Source of the DNA: an uncultured Clostridia bacterium
GTDB lineage: Bacteria > Bacillota > Clostridia > Christensenellales > CAG-314
Assembly: GCA_947623225.1 (NCBI GenBank)
Contig: CANQGO010000005.1
Span: forward strand, 423-64,422
Length of the DNA: 64,000 nucleotides
Direction: 5' to 3'
Part shown: piece after piece, positions 1 through 9,220 of the stretch
How positions within the stretch are numbered: position 1 is the first letter of the stretch
How the letters are laid out: each line of letters begins with the position of its first letter
The notes under the pieces: model-generated
Database searches by the model: none
What the model saw: the letters and a program-made list of their open reading frames with translations, nothing else
What the model was told of the DNA's origin: nothing
Translations under genes and position numbers: made by a program

Positions 1-3000
1 ATGAATTCGTTGATAAAGACTTCCATAAAGCGGTCGGTGACGGTGTGCGTATTGGTGATAGTGCTCATGGCGGTAGGCGTACTTGCCACGTTGGACATGT
101 CCACCAATCTGCTGCCGAATATACGCCTGCCCATGCTGGGGATATCCGTTGTATACCCCGGTGCAAGCGCGCGCAGTGTGGAAGAGGGCGTGACGGCGAA
201 GTTGGAGCAGGCATTGCAGACGGTGCCGGGCATCAAGGAGCTGTCTACCACTTCCTACGACAATGTAGCCGTAGCCGTGCTTACATTTGACTACGGCACG
301 GACATAGATGAAAAGATATCCGCCATAGAGGACAGTTTCGACTCCGTTGCCTTCCCCGACGGGTGCGAGGAGCCGGACTTCGTCAAGATAGACATGAACG
401 GCACAGCCACAGCCACCGTCGCGTTGTACAATTCGTCGGGCGACGTGGAGACGTTGACTGCCGACGCGGAGTCGCTTGCCGCAAAACTCAGCGGAATAGA
501 GGGCGTAGGCTCGGTAAGTGTGCTGGGTGCGCAGGAGCACGAGGTGCGTATCACCGCGCTCGAGGGGCTGGACATATCCGCGTTGCTCATAGTGCAGGCT
601 TTGCAAAACGAGAACCTCGACATACCGCTTGGCAGTATCATGCAGGACGGCACGACGGTATCCGTGCGCAATGCCACCGACGCGGACAGCGTATATGACA
701 TAATGCGCCTGCCCGTGCGACTGGATCTCGGCAGTGCGCTGCTCTCCAGACTGGACGGAGCCAAGAGCATGCTCACGTCGCTGGAGGAGTGCACGCTGGA
801 CGAATTCAAGCAAAACGTGCTATCGCCGCTATTCACGCTGCGGATGATATTGCCGCTTTATGCCTCCATGTCCGACGCGGAGGTGGCTGCGGCGTTGCAG
901 TCCAACCCCATCATTCCGCAATCTTCCAAATCCCTTATATCCGCAAGCCTTATACACATGCTGCGACAGCCCGATTGCTATATGGCGGCGGACTCGGGCA
1001 AGCCGGAAGGTCCGGACAATATATCCCCCGACTGCACGCTGGGGAAATTGCTCGCCGTCAAGAGCGCGCATGTGGACGATGAAGGCGCGCCGTTGTACGC
1101 CAACGGTACTCCGCTGACGGTAGTGGACGGCAAGCGTATGTCCGGAACGTTCTATGTAGATCCCTACGGCTATCTGATGGACGAAGAAGGTCACGCCGTG
1201 GACGAAGAGGGACACAGGGTCACATTGAATGAGCAGGAGGCGGCTGCGCGCTATGCTCGATACGGTGCGTATACGGTATTCACCGACCAAGAAACGGCGT
1301 CGCTTTGCGATATCCTGAGCCTGGGTGACAATCTCGGCGTGAGCGTCACGAGCGATCTGGTGCGGTTGGTGCGCCTGTGCGACTTCGGCGGCAGCACGGA
1401 CGGAAGCGCGGACGGAAGCGTGGTATACCCCGATAGCATAACGGTACCGCTGACGGTAGTGGGACGTGTGGAGTATGTGACGGAGCGCGCGGCGTATGCC
1501 GAATACAACGGTCTGGCAGCGGTGACGGTGGAAGTGTATGCCGTAGCCGACGCCAATACCACCCAAGTGGTGGACAGCGTCAAGAACGTGCTCGCGCGTT
1601 CGGACGTGAAGAGCAACGTATTGCTGCTGGACGACAAGGCGGAGTTCATCACGGACAGTATAAGCAATGTACTCAGCAGTATCATCATAGGCGGCGTGCT
1701 GGCGGTGCTGGTCATATACCTGTTCGTACGCAGGATAGGCTCGTCGCTGGTAGTGAGCATAACCATGCCGCTGTCGGTGCTGACGGCACTGGCAGGGCTG
1801 TGGATAATGAATATAAGCCTCAACCTCGTGTCCCTCGGCGGACTGGCTGTAGGCATAGGCATGCTGGTGGACAACAGTATCGTGGTGCTGGAGAGCATCA
1901 CCAAGCGCAGAGACAGGGGCGAGAGCGTATACGACGCCTGCCTCAACGGTACCAAAGAGGTGGCAGGCAGCCTGTTCGCCTCCACGCTGACCAATGTGTG
2001 CGTGTTCTTCCCGATACTGTTTGCAAGAGGACTGACGAGAGAGATATTCTACGACCTGGTGTGGGCGGTGCTGTTCTCCATAGTCATGTCCCTTATAGTG
2101 GCGATCACCGTCATACCTTCGCTGTACCACCTCATATACCGCAAGGGTCCGCGCAAGCGTTTCCGCAAGAACGCCGACGGCACCTACACGCAACTGAGCA
2201 GTTACGAGGACAACGAGCCGCGCGAGCGTATCAACAACCGCAACGACAAGTCCACCGAGCGGCGCAGACGCTTCAAAGAAAAGGCGGACAGACTGCGCGC
2301 ACGCCTGCACAGCGGCGCGACCATAAGCAAAATGGAATCGGGCTACGGCAAGATACTTTCCAAAGTGCTGACCAAGCGCGTACTTGTATGCGTGCTGGCA
2401 CTGGTGCTGTTCGGCTCCAGCGTGGCGTTGGTATTCACTACCGGTACGGAGTTTTTGCCGAGCGTCGACAAGGGCGTGATAGAGGTGGATATAGACTTCG
2501 ACACCGCCGCAGATATAGAAGTTGCCAATGCCGCGAGTAAGCAGGCGGCGGACGTCATACGCGAGCACTACGGCAACAAGTTGGAATACGTGTCGCTGAC
2601 GGTGGGCAAGCAGGGGCTGCTCGCCATGAGCAACAGCGGCGTTATACGCATACAGACCACCAAGCAATTGAAAACTTCCGAGACGGTGCAGGAGATACGC
2701 GACCTGCTCGCCGAGCAAAACATACAAGCCAAGAGCGTGACGGTGCGCGAGATGGACGGCGTCGTGGCGGAAGTGACGGGCGGTATGTCCGGTCAGTCGG
2801 TGACGTTGCTGTGCGACGACCAAGCCACATTGCGTGAGGCGGCGGCAAAGGTACGGGACGCGCTGCTCAAGGCGGACCCCGAGCACATAGTGTCCGCCGT
2901 GGACAATACTCCCGCGCTGAATACGGAGTATTCCTTCACCTTCGACCGCACCAAGTGCATAGAGCGCGGCGTGGACTACTCCACGGCAGTCATGCTGCTG

Positions 3001-4026
3001 CGCGTGGGCATGAGCGGCTATACCGCCGCCGATCTGGACATAGAGGACCGCTCCTGCGCCGTCAATGTCATATTCGCCGACAGTACGACTTCGAGCATGG
3101 ACGCGCTGTGCGAGCTGATAGTGGGCTTTGACGAGGCGGGTCCGGTACGTCTTAAGGACGTCCTCACTCCCGCAGCGGACGGGAAACTGTACAGCACCGA
3201 CACGGTGGCGGCAGCCATAGAAAAGGAGAACGGAAGGTATACCACGAGCATAGACCTCGAGATATACGGCACAGACAGCGGCAGCGCGGGCAAGGTCATC
3301 AAGCGCGCCGTGCACGAGGCGTTGTCCGGCTATCCCGACGTGGAGTATGAGGAGGGCGGCGTGTCCAGCTACCTCAATGACGCATTCGACGGGCTGGTGG
3401 TGTCGCTGATCGCGGCATTCGTACTGCTGTACAGCGTGATGGCGTGCCAGTTCGAGAGTCTGTCCAAGCCCTTTGTGGTCATCATGTCCATACCCTTCAG
3501 CTTCACGGGCGGTTTCCTCGCGCTGGCTATAACGGGAATGACGCTGAACGTAGTCTCCTTCGTGGGGCTTATAATGCTGATGGGCGTCATAGTCAACGGA
3601 GCCATAGTCATGATAGACAAGATCAATATGCTCATAGCCGAGGGCATGTCGCCGCAGGAGGCGGTGATAGAGGGTTGCAAGACGCGTCTGCGCCCCATCC
3701 TCATGACCACCCTGACCACGGTGCTGGCTCTGGTGCCTCTCGCACTCGGTCTCGGGCGCGGCGGCGAACTCATGCAGCCCATGGGCATAGTGGTGCTGGG
3801 CGGCTTGCTGCTGGGCACCCTCGTCACACTGGTGCTCATCCCCTGCTTCTACTGCCTTATCAAGCGTATCCGCTTCGACAAGCGCGCCCTGCCTGCCGCA
3901 GGTGAGCAAGAGGAAGGCGCAGGCGAAGAGAATAGCGACGAGCAAATTACAGACAATAGCGACATAGACAGTACGGATACCGACGCCGCAGAAGGTGCGG
4001 AGCCGAAGGATCCGTCGGAGGAATGA
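1..4026 (+). CDS. RND-family (AcrB/SwrC-like) efflux permease, 1341 aa, with an enlarged first extracytoplasmic loop and an acidic C-terminal tail
   Basis: The N-terminus MNSLIKTSIKRSVTVCVLVIVLMAVGVLATLDMSTNLLPNIRLPMLGISVVYPGASA matches RND TM1 plus the start of the porter domain. The protein has a 12-TM layout with two large loops and a GIGMLVDNSIVVLE TM4-type motif. The ATG sits at position 1, so the true 5' end is at or just beyond the window edge. Confidence 0.85.
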   Translation: MNSLIKTSIKRSVTVCVLVIVLMAVGVLATLDMSTNLLPNIRLPMLGISVVYPGASARSVEEGVTAKLEQALQTVPGIKELSTTSYDNVAVAVLTFDYGTDIDEKISAIEDSFDSVAFPDGCEEPDFVKIDMNGTATATVALYNSSGDVETLTADAESLAAKLSGIEGVGSVSVLGAQEHEVRITALEGLDISALLIVQALQNENLDIPLGSIMQDGTTVSVRNATDADSVYDIMRLPVRLDLGSALLSRLDGAKSMLTSLEECTLDEFKQNVLSPLFTLRMILPLYASMSDAEVAAALQSNPIIPQSSKSLISASLIHMLRQPDCYMAADSGKPEGPDNISPDCTLGKLLAVKSAHVDDEGAPLYANGTPLTVVDGKRMSGTFYVDPYGYLMDEEGHAVDEEGHRVTLNEQEAAARYARYGAYTVFTDQETASLCDILSLGDNLGVSVTSDLVRLVRLCDFGGSTDGSADGSVVYPDSITVPLTVVGRVEYVTERAAYAEYNGLAAVTVEVYAVADANTTQVVDSVKNVLARSDVKSNVLLLDDKAEFITDSISNVLSSIIIGGVLAVLVIYLFVRRIGSSLVVSITMPLSVLTALAGLWIMNISLNLVSLGGLAVGIGMLVDNSIVVLESITKRRDRGESVYDACLNGTKEVAGSLFASTLTNVCVFFPILFARGLTREIFYDLVWAVLFSIVMSLIVAITVIPSLYHLIYRKGPRKRFRKNADGTYTQLSSYEDNEPRERINNRNDKSTERRRRFKEKADRLRARLHSGATISKMESGYGKILSKVLTKRVLVCVLALVLFGSSVALVFTTGTEFLPSVDKGVIEVDIDFDTAADIEVANAASKQAADVIREHYGNKLEYVSLTVGKQGLLAMSNSGVIRIQTTKQLKTSETVQEIRDLLAEQNIQAKSVTVREMDGVVAEVTGGMSGQSVTLLCDDQATLREAAAKVRDALLKADPEHIVSAVDNTPALNTEYSFTFDRTKCIERGVDYSTAVMLLRVGMSGYTAADLDIEDRSCAVNVIFADSTTSSMDALCELIVGFDEAGPVRLKDVLTPAADGKLYSTDTVAAAIEKENGRYTTSIDLEIYGTDSGSAGKVIKRAVHEALSGYPDVEYEEGGVSSYLNDAFDGLVVSLIAAFVLLYSVMACQFESLSKPFVVIMSIPFSFTGGFLALAITGMTLNVVSFVGLIMLMGVIVNGAIVMIDKINMLIAEGMSPQEAVIEGCKTRLRPILMTTLTTVLALVPLALGLGRGGELMQPMGIVVLGGLLLGTLVTLVLIPCFYCLIKRIRFDKRALPAAGEQEEGAGEENSDEQITDNSDIDSTDTDAAEGAEPKDPSEE

Positions 4027-4027
4027 T

Positions 4028-5560
4028 ATGGCTGTCAAGATGAAAAAGTATCGCAACTACATGCCTTTCAGGTTCGTATTCAATATCCTGCTCATGCTCG
4101 CCGAGGTGGCGTTGGTGCTGTGCCTGGTCATATTGGTCAGCATACAGAGCAGATATTCCCTCATAGCCGAGGCGGTCACCCAGCTGGCTGTGGCTGTGGT
4201 GATAATCGCGAGCAACGACAACCCGGACTACAAGGTGCCCTGGCTGTTCTTCGTCATTGTGGTGCCGGTGGTGGGATTCATGTGCTACTTTATGTTCTAT
4301 TCGCGCAAACTCAACCCCGTAGCGCGGCGCAAACTGCGCTTGCTGGACATGAAGAGCAACATATCCGGCAGTCCGGACGGCGAGCGGCTGACGACGCACC
4401 CGCATGCGTACAGTCAGGCGGAGTTGCTGTGCCGTCTGAGCCAGACGCACATATACACCGACACCGACGTGAGGTACTTTACGCTCGGCGACGATATGTT
4501 CCCCGTCATGCTGGAGGACTTGAAGCGCGCGCAGAAGTTCATATTCCTCGAATACTTCATCATACAGGAGGGCAGATTCTGGAATACCATTCTGAACGTG
4601 CTGAAGCGCAAGGTAGACGAGGGCGTGGAGGTGCGCGTCATATACGACGACATAGGCTGTATGCGCACATTGCCCGGCAACTACTACAGGAAACTGCGCA
4701 GGATGGGCATCAAGTGCGTCACCTTTTCCCACCTGGTAGCGCAAGCCAACAACAAGTTCAACAACCGCAGCCACCGCAAGATACTGGTCATAGACGGCAC
4801 CGTGGGCTATACGGGCGGCGTCAACCTCGCCGACGAGTATATCAACGAGAGAGTGCGCTTCGGACACTGGAAGGACGTGGGACTGCGCCTGGAGGGCAAT
4901 GCGGTCAACGAGCTGACGCGGCTTTTCTTGGCGGACTACGCGCTCAATTCGCCCCTGCACAACGAGGATCTGTCCCGCTTCTACGACAACACCGTGCGCG
5001 CCACGCGACAGGGATATGTGGTGCCCTTCGGCGACGGGCCCAAGCCGCTGTACGACAGGGCTGTAGCCAAGACCGCGCTCATCAACCTGCTCGGACAGGC
5101 GACGCGCTATGTGTATATGACTACGCCCTACCTCATCATAGACAGCGAGTTGACGCAGGCGATAGAGAATGCCGCCCTGCGCGGAGTGGACGTGCGTATC
5201 ATAACGCCGCATATCCCCGACAAGAAGTTGGTATTCACCATGACGCGCAGCTACTACGCGCGGCTGATGGAGGCGGGAGTGAAGATATACGAGTATACGC
5301 CCGGCTTCATCCATGCGAAAATGTACCTTGCCGACGGTGACACGGCGATAGTGGGCACCGTCAACCTCGACTACCGCAGTCTGGTGCATCACTTCGAGAA
5401 CGCGGTGTGGATGCACGAGGTGCCCGCCATAGCGGATATGGAGAGCGACTTCATCGCCACCCAGAGCAAGTCGGAGCAGATGAGCATAGAGAACACCCGT
5501 GCCCGACTGCCCAGCAAGTTCGTGCGCGCCATCGTCAAGATCTTCGCGCCGTTGCTTTGA
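4028..5560 (+). CDS. cls: cardiolipin synthase (PLD superfamily)
   Basis: Two HKD motifs are present (NNRSHRKILVIDG and IHAKMYLADGD), preceded by two N-terminal TM helices. ATG 4028 (MAVKMKKYRNY) lies one nt after the RND stop. The track ORF start at 3995 falls inside the RND gene. Confidence 0.9.
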   Translation: MAVKMKKYRNYMPFRFVFNILLMLAEVALVLCLVILVSIQSRYSLIAEAVTQLAVAVVIIASNDNPDYKVPWLFFVIVVPVVGFMCYFMFYSRKLNPVARRKLRLLDMKSNISGSPDGERLTTHPHAYSQAELLCRLSQTHIYTDTDVRYFTLGDDMFPVMLEDLKRAQKFIFLEYFIIQEGRFWNTILNVLKRKVDEGVEVRVIYDDIGCMRTLPGNYYRKLRRMGIKCVTFSHLVAQANNKFNNRSHRKILVIDGTVGYTGGVNLADEYINERVRFGHWKDVGLRLEGNAVNELTRLFLADYALNSPLHNEDLSRFYDNTVRATRQGYVVPFGDGPKPLYDRAVAKTALINLLGQATRYVYMTTPYLIIDSELTQAIENAALRGVDVRIITPHIPDKKLVFTMTRSYYARLMEAGVKIYEYTPGFIHAKMYLADGDTAIVGTVNLDYRSLVHHFENAVWMHEVPAIADMESDFIATQSKSEQMSIENTRARLPSKFVRAIVKIFAPLL

Positions 5561-5580
5561 TGAAAAAATACACTTTTCCG

Positions 5581-5610
5581 ACGAAGTTTTGCACAAAAAC
5601 TTCGTTTTTT
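5581..5610 (+). terminator. rho-independent terminator after cls
   Basis: Stem ACGAAGTTTT, loop GCAC, stem AAAACTTCGT, followed by TTTTTT. Confidence 0.75.
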
Positions 5611-5641
5611 CATTTGTTGACGGAATTTTTCGAAAAAAGTA

Positions 5642-5670
5642 TTGAAAATGCCTCGGAAATGTAGTAATAT
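5642..5670 (+). promoter_or_regulatory. sigma-A type promoter for the GH13 gene
   Basis: TTGAAA at 5642-5647, a 17-nt spacer, then TAATAT at 5665-5670, about 70 nt upstream of ATG 5738. Confidence 0.55.
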
Positions 5671-5737
5671 ATTACAGGCATAATACATAGGGCGCGCATT
5701 TCGATAGGACAAGGTGCGCGACAGAGGAGGAATATAT

Positions 5738-7309
5738 ATGAGAGTGATGCCCGATTGGCTGAGTACGGCAATATTTTACCAGGTGTATCCGCAGTCCTTT
5801 TGCGACAGCAACGGCGACGGGATAGGGGATATCAACGGGATAACGTCGAAGTTGGACTACATACGGGAGACGGGGTTCAATGCGTTGTGGATCAATCCCT
5901 GCTACGTGTCTCCCTTCAGGGACGCCGGCTACGACGTGCAGAACTACCGCAAGGTGGCACCGCGCTACGGCACCAACGCCGACCTGGAGCGGCTTTTCGA
6001 AGAGGCGCACAAGCGGGGCATGCACGTGCTGCTGGACCTCGTGCCCGGGCACACCAGCGATCAGCACCGCTGGTTCCGCAAGAGCTGCAGTACCGAGCCG
6101 AACAGCTACAGCGACCGCTATATATGGTCGCGCAGCGTATGGGACCGTCCGGAAGGGTACAACTGGGTATCCGGCAATGCGGACAGGGACGGCGCGTATA
6201 TGTTGAATTTCTTCCTGAGCCAGCCGGCACTTAACTACGGATTTTCGCGGGTGTCGGACCCCAGTTGGCAGATACACTACAGAGACAAACGCGTGCGCGG
6301 TTCGCTGTACGAGCTGAAGGATATCATGGCGTTCTGGCTGGACAAGGGCGCGGACGGGTTCCGCGTGGACATGGCGGACAGCCTGGTCAAGGACGACCCG
6401 GACAAGTCCGCTACCTGCTGGATATGGCGCAAGATACGCGCGTATCTGAACAAGCACTATCCGCAAGCCGCCATCATATCCGAGTGGTGCAACGCGCCCT
6501 TAGCCATCAACGCGGCGGGATTTCACGGCGACTTCATACTGCATCACGACAAGAAGATGACGGACTACGCCTTCTATCGCAAGGGCGAGGACGGAGCAAG
6601 CCGCGCCTACTTCTGCAAGACGGCACACGTGCCTGCCAACGACATGCTCACGCCCTACATGCGCGATCTGCGCCTCACACGCGGCGGCGGATATCTGTGC
6701 CCCATCAGCGGCAACCACGACATGGTGCGACTGAGCAGTTTTCTGGACGAGAGGGAGCGCAAATTGGCGTTTACCTTCCTGCTCACGCAGCCCGGACTGC
6801 CCTTTGTGTACTACGGCGACGAGATAGGTATGAGATACCTGCCTCAGCCCTCCAAGGAAGGGGGATATCAGCGCACGGGCAGCAGAACGCCCATGCAGTG
6901 GGACAGAAACGCGCCAAATCTCGGCTTCTCCACGGCGGAGAGAGAGAAACTGTATCTGGACGTGGACCGCTCTGCCGACGCGCCCTGCGTAGCGCAGCAG
7001 ATGGAGGATGAGGACTCGCTGTGGAGCACGGTACGCGCGCTCAACCACCTGCGTATGACCCGTCCCGACCTGCAGGCGGACGGCGAACTGAGAATAGAGG
7101 AATGCACCCAGCACGGCACGCTGTGCTATCAGCGGGGCGAGAACACATACGTCATCATCAACCCCACCGACACGGTGCAAGATTGCCGTACCAAGGTGGG
7201 CAGGATACTCTTCGCCATAGGCGGAGCGACGCGCAGGCCCACAGTGACATATCTCGAGCCGCAGACGGCTATCATATTCGAAAAGGAAGACTACAAGGAG
7301 GAAGTATGA
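5738..7309 (+). CDS. GH13 alpha-glucosidase / oligo-1,6-glucosidase-type glycoside hydrolase
   Basis: Contains AIFYQVYPQSFCDSNGDGIGDINGI, DLVPGHTSDQHRWF, GADGFRVDMA (nucleophile region), ISEW (acid/base) and SGNHDMVR. An AGGAGG RBS at 5725-5730 precedes ATG 5738. Confidence 0.85.
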   Translation: MRVMPDWLSTAIFYQVYPQSFCDSNGDGIGDINGITSKLDYIRETGFNALWINPCYVSPFRDAGYDVQNYRKVAPRYGTNADLERLFEEAHKRGMHVLLDLVPGHTSDQHRWFRKSCSTEPNSYSDRYIWSRSVWDRPEGYNWVSGNADRDGAYMLNFFLSQPALNYGFSRVSDPSWQIHYRDKRVRGSLYELKDIMAFWLDKGADGFRVDMADSLVKDDPDKSATCWIWRKIRAYLNKHYPQAAIISEWCNAPLAINAAGFHGDFILHHDKKMTDYAFYRKGEDGASRAYFCKTAHVPANDMLTPYMRDLRLTRGGGYLCPISGNHDMVRLSSFLDERERKLAFTFLLTQPGLPFVYYGDEIGMRYLPQPSKEGGYQRTGSRTPMQWDRNAPNLGFSTAEREKLYLDVDRSADAPCVAQQMEDEDSLWSTVRALNHLRMTRPDLQADGELRIEECTQHGTLCYQRGENTYVIINPTDTVQDCRTKVGRILFAIGGATRRPTVTYLEPQTAIIFEKEDYKEEV

Positions 7310-8148
7310 GCAGACCTATAGTTGCATTGATATACGACTTCGACAATACGCTGTCCACGCATGACATGCAGGAATTTACATTCATACCCGCGCTGGGTAT
7401 GTCCCCTGCCGAGTTCTGGTCCAAGTGCGACGAGATATCTCACAGCAGGAATATGGACCACATATTGGCGTATATGTACCTCATGGCGCAGAAGGCGAGA
7501 GAAAAGGGCATAGACCTGTCCCCGGCGTCGCTGCGTGCCATGGGCAAGGACGTGGAGTTCTTCGAGGGTGTGGACACCTGGTTTCGGCGTATCAACGAAT
7601 ACGGCGACTCGCTGGGGCTGGAAGTGCGGCATTACATAATAAGCTGCGGACTGAAAGCCATGATAGAGGGCTGCCCCATAGGACACGAATTTCACAATAT
7701 CTTCGCCTGCGACTACATATACGGCGAGGACGGTCAGGTCATCTGGCCGGGCGTAGCCATCAACTACACCAGCAAGACGCAGTTCCTGTACCGTATCAAC
7801 AAGGGCGTAGAGGACGTGGGCGAGCACAAGAAGCTGAATATGTACATGCCCACCAACGAACGCGTCGTGCCCTTCGAGAATATGATATATATCGGCGACG
7901 GACTGACGGACGTGCCCAGCATGAAGCTGACGCGTAGCCGCGGCGGCTATGCCATAGGCGTGTATCGCAATCCGCAGGACGCCACCTACCTGGTCAAGGA
8001 GGACCGCGTGGACTTCTACGTGGAGTCCAACTACCTCGATGGCAGTGCCATGGACGTGGCGATGAAGGCGATACTCAACCGTATCAGCGCGCGCATCCGC
8101 TTCAAGGAACTGTCGGAGAACAGCTACAAGATAGCGCAGAAGAAGTAA
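7306..8148 (+). CDS. HAD-superfamily hydrolase
   Basis: DxDxT motif in ALIYDFDNTL and motif IV in YIGDGLTDVPSM. The start ATG overlaps the GH13 stop (ATGA), suggesting translational coupling. Confidence 0.7.
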   Translation: MSRPIVALIYDFDNTLSTHDMQEFTFIPALGMSPAEFWSKCDEISHSRNMDHILAYMYLMAQKAREKGIDLSPASLRAMGKDVEFFEGVDTWFRRINEYGDSLGLEVRHYIISCGLKAMIEGCPIGHEFHNIFACDYIYGEDGQVIWPGVAINYTSKTQFLYRINKGVEDVGEHKKLNMYMPTNERVVPFENMIYIGDGLTDVPSMKLTRSRGGYAIGVYRNPQDATYLVKEDRVDFYVESNYLDGSAMDVAMKAILNRISARIRFKELSENSYKIAQKK

Positions 8149-8154
8149 GATATG

Positions 8155-8182
8155 CCCCCGCACGAGTGCGTGCGGGGGTTTT
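8155..8182 (+). terminator. rho-independent terminator
   Basis: Stem CCCCCGCACG, loop AGTG, stem CGTGCGGGGG, then TTTT. Confidence 0.8.
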
Positions 8183-8273
8183 GTACGGCAAAGAAGGCAC
8201 CTTTACGACGTTATCCGACAAAAGAGTGCGCGGCGGGCTTGGTACAATGGTATGAGCAAGAGGAGGCACTGCC

Positions 8274-9104
8274 ATGTACTGCAAGCGGATACTTATTTTA
8301 CAACAGAGCGACGCCGCCTTTGCCGAGAGGGGCAAGGAACTGTGCGGATTGGTCAAGTTGGTACGCGAGGGGGAAACGGTACGCGTGACGGTATTCGTGA
8401 CCAACGCGGACGTGTCGGCGGCAGGAGAGTGGTGGCTGCTGCTGGCATTCGGCAGGGAGCCGTACGCTCGCAAACCGGACACGTTGAACAACTATACCTT
8501 CACATTGGAGTCCCGTCCGCTGGACAGCGTGAGTTGCCTGCTGGTCAAGAAGGAAGAGCGTTGCCGCGAGGCGGCGCGTGCGCACCTCGGGGAGGACGCC
8601 TGCGACAGCCTGTACAGGCAGATGGATACGCTGACTGCGGAAGCCACGCCCTACGAGCGATTCGTCGCGTCCTCTGACAACTTCTACGAGGGCGGCGTAG
8701 GGCAGCTGAAGAAGCAGGCGGAGAACAGGTACAGGAGCGTATCGGAGTACAGCGACGCATTCGAACGGTTTTACGCGGCGGGCAGCCATACCGACTACTA
8801 CGGCAGCGTGAGAGAGCAGATATGCAGGGTATTCATGCAGTTTCCGCCCTACTATCCGCTGATACAGAGGTACAGCGAGAGTTTCTTCGTGCGGATAGAC
8901 TTTCCGCGATCGGACAAGTACTTTGTACTGGGCGTATTGCAGCGGCAGGGGCGTATAAGATATATCTGCTACGGACTGCCCGCAGACGATGAAGGGCTGA
9001 CTGACAAGGACTTTGTGTACGTGGACAACGCGCCCACGGCGTTCTGGATGCTGTTTCAGGACGCGGATACGGGGCAAATATCCGCCATAAACGGGCTGGT
9101 GTAG
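8274..9104 (+). CDS. hypothetical cytoplasmic protein, 276 aa, no family recognised
   Basis: Clean ORF with genome-typical codon usage, sitting between a terminator and a promoter. No TM helix or signal peptide and no motif I can name. Confidence 0.55.
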   Translation: MYCKRILILQQSDAAFAERGKELCGLVKLVREGETVRVTVFVTNADVSAAGEWWLLLAFGREPYARKPDTLNNYTFTLESRPLDSVSCLLVKKEERCREAARAHLGEDACDSLYRQMDTLTAEATPYERFVASSDNFYEGGVGQLKKQAENRYRSVSEYSDAFERFYAAGSHTDYYGSVREQICRVFMQFPPYYPLIQRYSESFFVRIDFPRSDKYFVLGVLQRQGRIRYICYGLPADDEGLTDKDFVYVDNAPTAFWMLFQDADTGQISAINGLV

Positions 9105-9154
9105 CCTGCGCCTTTTTATTCTCAGGCTTATTGCGACAGATTGGTGCAAAATTG

Positions 9155-9183
9155 TTGCAATTTTCGGTTTTTTGTACTATAAT
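9155..9183 (+). promoter_or_regulatory. sigma-A type promoter
   Basis: TTGCAA, a 17-nt spacer, then TATAAT (9178-9183), upstream of the AAGGAG RBS and ATG 9221. Confidence 0.6.
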
Positions 9184-9220
9184 CTATAGCGTATGTACTA
9201 TCTACTTAAGGAGTAGTGTA

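Noticed and set aside
829-4056. A 1075-aa minus-strand ORF opposite the RND gene. Similar cases are 3947-5596 opposite cls, 26090-29494 opposite dnaE, 35986-38223 opposite the ABC genes and 18590-20482 opposite ApbE.
   Set aside because: In each case the plus-strand frame carries unmistakable family motifs (RND, HKD, PHP/Pol III, Walker/ABC signature, ApbE). The antisense products are Arg/His-rich with no motifs, so they are shadow ORFs.
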